The notes under the pieces were generated by a model, which worked only from the letters and a program-made list of their open reading frames with translations, did no database searches and was not told the DNA's origin. From Dimorphilus gyrociliatus (taxonomy: Eukaryota; Animalia; Annelida), in assembly GCA_904063045.1 (NCBI GenBank), contig CAJFCJ010000108.1, forward strand, positions 1 to 47,043: DNA of 47,043 nt, given 5' to 3'. This document shows, one piece after another, positions 35,931 to 47,043 of this stretch. The first letter of the stretch is position 1. Each line of letters starts with the position of its first letter. Both the position numbers and the translations under genes were made by a program.

Positions 35931-36399
35931 GTTTAGTCAATGATAGAGGTTCTTCATTTCAAATAAATAATTTTCTTTTAACGTAATTATCTCTATTTTT
36001 ATAAGATTTTTAGCAAATTGACCTTCAAATGTAAGTACTCTCCTATTCTCTGTCCATTTTCCTCTTTTAGAATCATCAGTCCAGCATCAACAACCACCTT
36101 TGACAATGGAAAAGAACGCTGTTTGCTATTCCAGAATACAACTATGGTCTCTTGTTTGACACTCTCCTTTATCCAAATAATCATTTCATCCAATTATCAA
36201 ACAATGTTCAACTTACAGTATCAACTAATTTGACTTGTTTAAATATAATTTGCTTGTCAGGTTTGTAAAAAGTAAGAATAGTCTCTTTACGTCATACGTT
36301 CTTTTAGTAGTCTCCAATTACAACTATCTGCTAACCTTTTTGTGGTTTTTCAATCGAATTTAGGTCAAATTTTATCCATTGTATTTTTTCGTTTATTGG

Positions 36400-36582
36400 A
36401 TTCATGGCTTTACCCTAACCCTAACATAGCCCTTTTGTTTGCCTCACTTTTTTTGAATAATCCTAACCTTTAGATAGGAACGGTATAAGTGCAACTTAAT
36501 AGTTATCTTGTCCCTCCGTGCCATTTTTCAACCTAAAATCCATTCTTCAAATATCAAATTTGTGGTCATTTTCAACTGCCGC
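36400..36582 (-). mobile_element. Older diverged copy of the MITE family
   Basis: The reverse complement reads GCGGCAGTTGAAAATGACC...CAAGATAACT...CTAAAAGGTTAGGATTATTCAAAAAA...GTTAGGGTTAGGGTAAAGCCATG. Confidence 0.65.
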
Positions 36583-36679
36583 TATACAAATATAGAAAAA
36601 TTATTATCTAAAAATACGTTGTTTTTTAAGAAAAGGTCAAACTTTGAAGATTAAAAATAAATAAAAAACAATAAAATCT

Positions 36680-36710
<31 letters not shown>

Positions 36711-36883
36711 CAGTACAAGACATATGTATGCTAATAAACAGTATTAAACAGTTCAAGTTAATACTCGTTTCTAGATATACAAATAATGATTCGACAAGTA
36801 GCATTGATTATTTGAGATTACTGTCAGTTTAGTATATAAGAAAAGGTATAAGTTTTTTATAAACCACAACAGATCATTTTAAA

Positions 36884-37752
36884 ATGGCTACCAAATATTA
36901 CAAGATAGAAAGTGAAGAACTAACATGCTCTATTTGTCTGGAATTGTGGTTGGAAAGAGATCCTAGAGTGTTGCCTTGTCAACATATATTTTGTTTTAAA
37001 TGCCTGAATGCATTAGATGTTCAAAATTGTCAGATCACTTGCCCAGAATGTAGAGAAAAGAGTCATGTACCAGGCGAAGGAGAATACTGTAGTATATTTC
37101 CAAAATGGCGTTTTACAGATTCCTTCAAGGAATTAACCGGACCAGCAGCAACAACAACAGGTGAATTATGCACAAAACACGATAAAGAATCATCCCTCTA
37201 CTGCGAAACACACCAAATTGAGAATCTTTGCGTTGTATGCTGGGAAGAAGTTCACGGGAATTGTAGAATTATTTCAATGATAAAGTTTCATAAAATGAAA
37301 GAATTATTTAATGAAATTTTAATTAAAGAAAAACTGCTAACAATTCAAATTCTACAGGAAATTGATAAAAATGAAAAAAGTGCAATTTTGAAATTAAAAA
37401 TAGATTTAAAACTATTAAAAAGGAAACTGAAGAAATAATGGAAGATAGGGAAAAATCTTTATTAAAAGGTTTATACGATAGCAAAAACTTGGAAAAATTC
37501 CAACAAAATCTTGATACTTTCTACATAAAAATAATCGAAAATATAAACATATCTTATAAAGTAGAAAATAATTGTAATCGTAAAGATTTGCTTAAAGTTG
37601 ATTGGCTAAAATACAAACCGGTCATTATTATAAGTGCCATAACAATTGTAATGATATATTTGGGATGTAAACTTTTGTTCACTGATCATAATGTTAAAAG
37701 TAAAAAAGGCATACTTGACTATATTCCACTTAGAAGATTAGTTTGGTGGTGA
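36884..37752 (+). CDS. Intronless TRIM-like E3 ligase (RING, B-box, coiled coil, C-terminal TM) split by a 1-nt frameshift
   Basis: RING CSIC...LPCQHIFCFKC...CPEC; B-box CTKH...YCETH...CVVC...H; the second ORF continues the coiled coil and ends with TM VIIISAITIVMIYLGCKLLF. Confidence 0.85.
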
Positions 37753-38501
37753 GAAGTATTACAAACTGTCTTCTTTCGAAATACAGAATATGTTTTTGCT
37801 AGTTATGCTATAATTGATTTAATAAAACAACTACAAAATAATAAGAGTGTCTTGAATGAAAATAGCCAAACCTAGGCTCTTTTTATAGTGTTTTGTACTC
37901 TGAAAATCAAAAAAATAAGACAATTCATTTAACTTTTAAATTTAAATTTACAATTGAACCTCCAATCAATTGGAGTTTTTTTATTTATTTGAATATAGAA
38001 ACTGGTTCATGTTCTCGCATTTCTCTCTTTTAAATTATAGTGTCAGGTTCTTGTATAATACCTAGATTTGGTTTCACTCAGGTACGTTTTCACCCTCTCT
38101 CTACTATATAGACTTACACTACTCAATTAGGGCTATTTAATAGACTTTAACGACTAACCAAATAGTAATTAGTTTATATGTTGTAAAGTTAATCTTTCTT
38201 ATATTCTATATTTTGTATTAGAGAATAATATTCCACCAAATCTCCAAGAGATGAATACAGGCTCGTTGATACAGAGCACATCTCCTAAATTAAGAACTTT
38301 TAGAAACTATAAAATTACTCTTAAAATAAAAATTGTATTTTAGTATCAAAATTCCAAAAAGATATAAAGTTTCCTTTGGTTAATTAAGTATTTTATTTCA
38401 CAAGTTTATCTAAAGAAAATATCTTTGCTCTTTGTACTTTAATAACAAATATCTTTTCTCTTTCTTATACGAGTTAGAAAATGAAAATTCTCTTTTTATG
38501 T

Positions 38502-38956
38502 NNNNNNNNNNNNNNNNNNNNNNNNNNNNNNNNNNNNNNNNNNNNNNNNNNNNNNNNNNNNNNNNNNNNNNNNNNNNNNNNNNNNNNNNNNNNNNNNNNN
38601 NNNNNNNNNNNNNNNNNNNNNNNNNNNNNNNNNNNNNNNNNNNNNNNNNNNNNNNNNNNNNNNNNNNNNNNNNNNNNNNNNNNNNNNNNNNNNNNNNNNN
38701 NNNNNNNNNNNNNNNNNNNNNNNNNNNNNNNNNNNNNNNNNNNNNNNNNNNNNNNNNNNNNNNNNNNNNNNNNNNNNNNNNNNNNNNNNNNNNNNNNNNN
38801 NNNNNNNNNNNNNNNNNNNNNNNNNNNNNNNNNNNNNNNNNNNNNNNNNNNNNNNNNNNNNNNNNNNNNNNNNNNNNNNNNNNNNNNNNNNNNNNNNNNN
38901 NNNNNNNNNNNNNNNNNNNNNNNNNNNNNNNNNNNNNNNNNNNNNNNNNNNNNNNN
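38502..38956. other. Assembly gap (455 N)
   Basis: Run of N; the X-containing ORFs over it are artefacts. Confidence 1.
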
Positions 38957-39108
38957 AATTTAAATTGAAAAAATATTTCCTCTGTGTAAAATGTTTTAAA
39001 ACCTCCATTCCATGTTAGATTTCCCTTGTTAAAAGCTATTATTTATATTCTTAAGATTTTTGTTTCCAACTAGATTTATTTGCTAACCAAATTTTATATA
39101 AAAAATTT

Positions 39109-42100
39109 TTGATTTTTCATCGATTCAATAAAAAATCTTCGCATTTAATTGGTAATATCAGTTTGACTAGTGAACAATGTGAAACTGTTCAATATTTGAA
39201 ATATTACAAGAGTTTTGTTACAAAAACATACCAAAAATTTATATCACTTAAAAACAAAATACTTTACACATTAACATGGGAATATGATAAGAACTTGACC
39301 AATCTTTCGTGTAACTTTAAAGATATCAAAGGTTTTGAAAATTATTCAGATTTTTTTGAAGTAAAACATTCAAATCTTAACAGATGCAACAGTTTTGTTG
39401 GAAAGTTCATCAATTGTAGAAAAGAAGCCCAAAAATTTTTTTGCTACTGTGAATCTCAAAATTTCATCAAGAACATATGGCACAATGATTCTATCTATTT
39501 TAAACCTTTATCAAGCAAAGGAGCGTATTATTGGAAATCATATTTGTAGAAAATATAATCTTATCTCTTCTCCAATATCTGGAAAATCTGGAATTATAGA
39601 TAACAGCGCAGTATATGTTTCTTATTTGATTTTTATTTAAAATAGTCATCTGTAAATTTTTTAGAAACAAACTTGCGAGTCATACATTAATGATGATCCT
39701 TTCCATGTAAGAAAATGCCTATATATGTTGTATAAACAGTATTGATAAAGTATCTTTAGGGTACCCTTTATTCCCAATTTGTAACTAAGTAATTAATGTC
39801 TTAAAACTTATTATATCTAGATATTTCACTTTTTAAAAAACTAAATGTTATATATAAACTAAAAAATTGTGGGTAATGATCAATATTCTATTTTTATCCT
39901 ATAATTAAAAACTGCTTGAAACTGGTCTGATCCATTGTGATTAATCCCATTCAAAATTTAAAAAGTGAAATACGAAGATAGAGGAGATAAATAGAATATT
40001 GGTTCTGTTATATATAATAATTGTATTTAGTATATATTTAAAAGAAATTTCTTATACTATTAATTCAATAGAATATTTTATTGGACCATTGTGATTGGTC
40101 AGATGAATATTTATTTGGTTGTGAATACAGTGAATATTCTGTCGGTTTCTACATCTCTGAAGTAGCTTGCGAACCTAATCTTGATTTTAAAGGTTTCATA
40201 CTGTAAAAATAGTTTCTTTGAGAGGAAATATAAGAACAACATTTTTAGAAAATACATTTAGATTAAGCAATCCAGCTATAAATTATTATCAAAATGAGAA
40301 TTTAACAAATGAAAAAGATTTATTTGGATATCCACAAGTATTTTTAGGTGGAATGTGGAAAAATTTACTTATATATGGAATGAAATATCATATTCCAATA
40401 TTGATCTGTAAACATTTTGGATATAAAGATGGCTACATAGATTTATTACCTAGAGTAATTAAACATAAAATGATGTTTTATTTCGCATTAGAGATTACCT
40501 GTAGTATTAAAACTGAACATTTAAAAGATTGTCAAGTTGCTCCGTCACTTTATCCGCAACTGTCTGTTGAATAAAATTTTAATTTTTGGTTTTAAAGCTA
40601 GAATTTTTATTTAACAGTCTTAAAAATTGGAGGTTGTCATACGTAACAAGGGCATTTACTCTCCATTGTTTACAAAGAGAACCAATGCGTAATAAGTTTT
40701 TTTACAGTTTGTCTTCAAAATAAACTTACCTGTTGTATTGTATTAGATTGTCCTCAGAAAGACTCTATTAAGATTTTATACATATGTTATACAATTTTTA
40801 AAAATCCCATTACATTGTCTCCTTTGTCAATGAAAAAGAAATGCCTGGAAAAGAATTTAACACTCATTGATGAAACATTCAGGTCTTTTGTAGATATTTA
40901 TATGTCACTTACATTCTATTTTGAAAGATTAACTTTTATTGAAAAAATTCCAACTTATAAAGAAAATATATTTTTTACTGGTAAAATATTTAAACTGCAA
41001 CAGGATATACAAATATTTGTTGATTTTAAAATAGTTGTAACTGTCATTTATTTATATAAAAGATCATCATGTAGCTTCTCTCTTAAAAGGTCTCATACAC
41101 TTGCTAGTTGATTTATAAGTCAAATATTTTGATATCCATTTAAAATTTAATAAAAAATACAATAAAAATGTCAAGATTTTTTTCAAGTTAACACTAGAAT
41201 TGATGGAAAATCACCAAATATTAAATCAACACGAACTTCTTCTAACCTTCCATATGATTTTACAACAGCTATCTTAACAGGATCTAAAATAAGTTTATTT
41301 AAAAAATGGGCTAATTTCTTGTTGTCTTTTAAACACTTTTCTCAAATTTTAAATAGCTAGAAGTTTGATATATGTTAACTCTATCAGTCAAGACATATCT
41401 ATATTAAATCCCCATGACAAGTGTTTTATAATTATGGAAAGAGACAATATTTTTTCAAATCAAATGATGGGAATACAAACATACAAACAAGTAACTTCAT
41501 GTGTATTAGTGACTTCAAAATATTTCACTTGCCAAGCTATTATTAGTATGTTTACTAAGCGCTATTTCTTCTGATTAAAAATAAAACTGTTCTCTTTTTA
41601 AACAATAGAAGAAAATAGAAACTATTCTCAATCAATACATGGAAGTAAATTCTTTTATCCAAAGAATAGTTTCCACTGTACATTGGACAATATTTATATA
41701 AGTCATTTACAAGTTTGTGACAATGATAAAGACTGCCCATCTGGTGAAGATGAATTGAATTGCACAATTGCTTTAAGTTTTACATGTTTAACTTCATCTA
41801 ACCAATCAAAAATACCATTCCAACTTGTTTGTAACTATAAATATGACTGTTTAGATGGCTCTGATGAAAAATTTTGCAATTCTTACCAAAGTTTTTAGTA
41901 TTTTTAAATAATATACATTTCATTAAAATTTAAAATACGCTTTTTTTTAGATTATAGTACTCAATTAGGTGTTTTAAAAAGGTAAAATTAATTTAAGTTT
42001 GTGCGATGTAAGTAGTAATCATAACACAGATGTGATGAATGGAGATATTTAGCCCAGCAAAAAATTTGTGATAACCAATACAACTGCTTTGATAAAACTG

Positions 42101-44568
42101 ATGAAGATTGTTCTGAATATTGGAATCCAAAAGAAGAGAAAAAAGAAAGTAACCATAAAACCCAACAATATCTTAAAAATTTCACCTAAAATATTCAACA
42201 TTTAAAATCAGGTTGTAGATTAGATACACAAATAAAATGCCTGGACTATTGCTTGCCCCTGCATATGAATTGTGATAATTTAATTCATTGTCCAGATAGA
42301 TCTGATGAAACAACTTCCTGTAGGAAAATTATAAAAGCTTTTCTTAAGTAACTATTATCAAAGAATAACAGAATATGGAATAGACATAGACTAATTATAG
42401 ACATCTTTAGAAAAAAAAGTTCTGAGCATTTCAAGCTACCATCTCCTAATACAAGATGTAATTTGATCTATAATTCTGTTGGATACTTAGAAACTAAAGT
42501 TCATGGTCCATCCTATCCATTTGGAATATATAACTGTAACAAAAAATTCTGCCCTGGTGGATTCTTATGCACAGAACATAGATTTTGTATCTCAATAGAA
42601 AATGTTTGTGATGGAATTAATCACTGCTGGAGTAATGAAGATGAGTTAAATTGTGGTAAAGTTTATATGCCTTCCAATTTAGAGTATTCTTCAAATTAAT
42701 ACATTCTTTAGATGATTTTCATCCGAGAGGATTCTTCAAATGTCAATTAGAAAAGATGTATTTAAATTTCACTAAAATTTGTGATGGCGTACTGCATTGT
42801 AAATATGGAAACGATGAAATATTTTGTCCAAAAGAAGTTATTCAATGCCCGAAATCTTGTAATTGCCATCCTGTATATATTTGGAAATGTTCTAATTATT
42901 TTGATATCAGCTTATTGAAGTCTCCTACTGAAAGGCAATTAAGCTGGTTAAAGTATTTAAAATTTCATAGCCTAAAAAACAAGGAATATTCTTTTCGTTC
43001 TGTTGAACTTCTTTACTTGTCAATAACTGATATTGGCCTATTAGAATGGCCTATCAACTTTTTTCTACCAAATCTAGTATATTTAATCATGAAAAAAAAT
43101 AAGATAACCAACTTGAAGTCATTTCAAATTAATCAAATGGGAAAACTTCTCCAATACCTAGACATTTCCCATAATCCCATAGATGGCTTTTTTACAAGCC
43201 AATCGAGATCCTTAATCTATTTAGACGTCTCTTTTACAAATTTTAAAAAATTAAATCAAAAAAGTTTTAATGAAATGAAAATGTTGAAAATTTTAAAAAT
43301 CACAAACTGTTACTTAAAAGATGTCAAAGAAGATACCTTCAAATTTCTAAATAATTTACAAGAACTGCATTTAAATTTTACTGTTTTGCCTTTGAAAGAA
43401 AAATATTCTGTAATTAAATATCAATGGAATTTACAAATTTTACATAGTAGATATTTTTCACTGTGCTGTCATCTGTTTTCAATTGGTAAATCAGTAAAAA
43501 AGTGCTCCCCTTCTGAATCGATATTTAGCTCTTGCACTGATTTACTGGGTAACAACTTTATTAGGTCAATGTATTGGATAATTGGATTATTTGGAATTGT
43601 TGGAAATGTAGTCTCAATCTCGTATAGATTACGGTCTTTTTGTAGACCTACTCATATTTTCTATTTGTTACTCTCAGCATCTGACTTAATAACTTCTTTC
43701 TATTTGGTCTCAATTGGTTTAATAGACCGATATTATAAAGGGGATTTTTATAAATATATGACAAGTTGGACATACGGTTATCCTTGTAAGATTATTGGAT
43801 CTTTAATTAACTTTTCATTAATATACTCAATGATAAATCTACTGTTAATTACTGCTGAGCGATATTCTGCAACTATGGTGACAAGCTGTAGAAGATTCAC
43901 AGAGAGAGATGTCACATTAATATCACTTTCTAGTTTTGTTTTTTGTGGTGCTTTTGCAGTATTTCCCATTGCATATTATAAGGTAAGTAGTAAATTCTGT
44001 TAGATATTATTGACCTAAAATAAGACAGAATGTTTCAAATGTGAATTATAGGATTATTTTTCATCAATACCAATTTGTTTTAAATTATATATTAGAAGTG
44101 AAAAGTCTGATGGATCATTCTATTCATTTCTAGTATTTACATTACCAAATCTTATTATAATGTTTATAGTTGCCATTCTATATTTTAAAATTATTATGAA
44201 AGTAAAAAAGAATGAAAATGATTTTAAAAGTTCAAAAAATGTTCACAGTGATATATCAATTGCAATTTATTTAATCATTATAACCAATTTTCTTTCTTGG
44301 TTTCCATTATCAATACTAGGTTTTTATATTTCTTTTATTCATCAAATTCTTTCTTTTTCAAAAAGCTCTTTTTTCTTTTTTAGGCTTTTTATCAACAGTT
44401 TTAACAATTTCAATAAGCAATTTTACATATTTTTCACTTATTGTAACTTTAATTCCAATTAATTCAACAATAAATCCATATATTTTTTCCCTGTCTGAAA
44501 TCTATAGAATACGTAAACGCAAATTAAGGAATAAATTATTTAGCAGGCAATTTTATGTTTTTCTATGA
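39109..44568 (+). CDS. Second LDLa-LRR GPCR (GRL101/RXFP-type) with an SRCR-like N-terminal module; start possibly at 38481, with sequence lost in the gap
   Basis: SRCR-like ICKHFGYKDG...EITC...LKDC; LDLa repeats (CDNDKDCPSGEDELNC, CDGINHCWSNEDELNC, CDGVLHCKYGNDEIFC); LRRs; SLCC...CSP...CTDL; ERY. Last exons 42712-43982, 44052-44319 and 44384-44568 splice in frame to PINSTINPYIF and a TGA. Confidence 0.88.
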
Positions 44569-44639
44569 TAATACTACTTTTGTAAATTTGTTTTAAATTT
44601 ATGTGAAATAGGCAGCAATGTGAAGCTTCTATTAAGAAT

Positions 44640-46050
44640 TTTGTGACAAAGCACAGTAACAGCTTTAACTTTTTTACTACATCTTATATTTTCTTTTTAA
44701 AAATAGATATAAAATTCTTCAAATATCAAGAGCAAAATCACATGATTTTTGCATATGTTAGAGATATATCAATGTTAACAATTGATAAATATTTCTATAA
44801 GAGACATTTGCATTTTATCAGTATTAAACATGTAATAAATGCTATTTATAATTGTCATACTAACTCATTGGCTGTGGAAGGAACATTTACCGTTAAAGAT
44901 ATTTATGAAAAGGTGAAATACAAGTTTAGAATAGACCTAATAAATCGTAACTTTAAAAATCAATTAGAAAGGAAAGCGTAGAGAAGATTGGAAATTTTTT
45001 CTCTTTCCGAGAAATTTAATACCTGCAGATGATAATTCGTTGGCTGACAATATTCTTTCATTTGGAACATTTACAAGATGTATATTACAAAGAAAATCGC
45101 AATACACTTGAAATTGATAATTCTTAATTTTTAAGCTACAGAGACTTAATATTTCAGAGTATTTTTAGTAAACTAGTCAATCATTTTCTGATTCCAGCCA
45201 ACATAAAAAATAGATATTATTGCTTTTCAAATATTTTCAACTATTGCTTAAAACTTTCAGTCAATTTATCAGGAAAACAGTTTAGTTTAATAGCCTTGAC
45301 CTTCTTCAAAATAACTATCTATTGTTGCAAATGATAATATTTATTAATTTTCGTTACTATAAATATATTTATGATACGTTATGATATTTTAGAATACTTC
45401 TGGCCATTTTCAATCAAATTAAACATTTTGGATGGAGGCGATAAAATGTAAATCAAATTTCTATAAAGTAAAAATGCAAAATTTACACATATTACTAGGG
45501 CAGTTGAAGTGAATTCAGAGACATCTATTGGCCAGAAAAATTTTTAATAATTTATCTCACTAGAAGTAGAAATAGCGCTATAAAAATATATTAAAGAGAC
45601 TTGCATAAGACTTACCAAAGAAATGTCGATAATGTAAATTTTGACATAAGTAGAAAATAATTCATTTGTGCAATAATGTGAGAATGCAAAATGATTTTAT
45701 GACTGTCTGAATGGATGTAGAAGAATATTGTAACTGAAGATTCTAAAGATGAAAAAATTAGCTTAAATAAAGTAAGATAAATAGCTCTTAGAAATCTAAG
45801 AGTCTCTTTCTGGATTGCAACCTCTTTTTCTCATATACAATTACCCTTTTCACAAAAAATATATCAGCCAAGGTATTTTTGAATAAGTGTTTGTAAAAGA
45901 ACGACGAGTTTGATTGCTAAAGTGTGTGACATCCAGTTGCTAAAGATAAATTTTAATTAGACAAGTTCTTGAAATGCATAATCCAATTAAAAAATTTATT
46001 GTCAAAAGTTTGCTAGTCAACTTTTATTTAAACCAATCACCTCGACATTT
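44640..46050 (+). pseudogene. Heavily decayed coding-like region, possibly another LRR-family relic
   Basis: Patchy LRR-like fragments (e.g. IHLCNNVRMQNDF*) among frequent stops. Confidence 0.2.
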
Positions 46051-46369
46051 TCAATTGTTACCTTACTTCTTCTGTAAATATATAAGCCATAATTATAATT
46101 ATCATTTAGGTGAATATATTTTAGATTAAAAGCTTAAGATTTGCATTGATACGTAAGAAGCATAGAATCTATAGAGATTAAATTTCCAATTTAAACATTT
46201 TTTTTAAACATAAATTCATTCATTCATTTTAATAAAAATAACTATTTTTTTAGTTTTCTATCTATCTATCTATCTTGAAATGAAAACTACAAATTTTATT
46301 ACATTTCTACATTTCTTCAACATTCAAAAAAAATTGATTGATTGTTATTGTTACATTCTAATTTTCTTT

Positions 46370-47043
46370 AGCGCAATATTCTCTATGATTAAATCATCAA
46401 GAAAGCAATTTTGTACATCAGATATACAACATAACTAAACATCTAATTCTAAAAGATGTTTACAAAATTTTAAACAAGTAAAAATCTCTTCAAAAGATTC
46501 ATCTAATCTTTGACTTTGACTCAAAAACAATCATTTTATAGACGGAGTGTTCATCAGTAAATTATACAAGAAAAACCATCTTCTTATGATAGATAGCAAC
46601 TGGAAAAGTCAATTATTAAAAGGGAAGAAGATGAAGATTTCAATGCTGATCTTTTAATGCATTACAATTTCCAGTAATTTGGTGATCCAAAAACATTGTT
46701 TTTCTGACAAGCTGCAAACAGCATAATCAATTTTATGTATATATGAAATAAGATGATGGCGATGATCTAATTCCTTGATCTAGTTTTTCAAAACCACTGA
46801 CAAAATTTGTATTATAGCTTAAATCAACTGTTGCCAATTTTCCTTAGATCGGATGATGATGATTTTAGACCTTTGGAAATTTTTTCAAATCCATTACCCA
46901 AATTATCGTTAAATCCTAAAATAAGTGTTTGTAATTTATTACCATTTGTTAATAAATCACAAAGCCAATTAGCCTGTAGTTCTAATAAATTACACGATGA
47001 AAACTCCAATTTAACAATTGTAAAACTTGACAATTGTAGACTG
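46370..47043 (-). pseudogene. RNI-like leucine-rich-repeat gene relic; runs off the window edge
   Basis: IVKLEFSSCNL...LQTLILGFNDNLGNGFEKISKGLKSSS, followed by further repeats (LLIIDFSSCYL, SFEEIFTCLKFCKHLLELD) broken by stops and frameshifts. Confidence 0.6.

Noticed and set aside
36685-36710. (AT)n microsatellite, plus (AG)n near 19927 and (TCTA)n near 46258
   Set aside because: Ordinary simple repeats.
37436-37440. Programmed -1 frameshift or viral-type termination-reinitiation in the TRIM gene
   Set aside because: No X-XXY-YYZ heptamer or downstream structure; a homopolymer indel is the simpler explanation. Kept as a finding only for verification.
38432-39008. Three long X-containing ORFs
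   Set aside because: Artefacts of translating the N gap.

Overview
AT-rich eukaryotic (animal) genomic DNA with short GT-AG introns of about 50-170 bp, so most ORF-track entries are exon fragments or noise. The gene content suggests a compact lophotrochozoan genome, possibly an annelid such as Dimorphilus (inference only). Host genes read from the sequence: a secreted protein with an ITIH C-terminal domain but no VIT/vWA (634-1775); a multi-exon galactose-binding/FAMeT-like gene (3.5-5.5 kb, -); a stand-alone F5/8C discoidin gene (17.9-18.7 kb); a 3-exon, 100-aa Cys-rich prepropeptide gene missing from the ORF track (22994-23410, -); two divergently oriented LDLa-LRR-7TM GRL101/RXFP-type receptors with SRCR-like N-terminal modules (25.6-31.2 kb -, 39.1-44.6 kb +) plus a decayed third copy (20.6-21.2 kb); an intronless CASPR-type fibrinogen-like gene flanked by about 130-bp inverted repeats (32.4-35.0 kb); and an intronless RING/B-box/TM TRIM-like gene split by a 1-nt frameshift. 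Mobile DNA: a 207-bp MITE family with 9-bp TSDs (Mutator-like) and internal TTAGGG repeats, a 527-bp Tc1/pogo-type MITE, and Penelope (RT + GIY-YIG), BEL/Pao, Tc1 and non-LTR remnants. Bases 1-164 are an exact inverted copy of 8196-8359. There is a 455-N assembly gap at 38502-38956. No rRNA, tRNA or CRISPR features were found.
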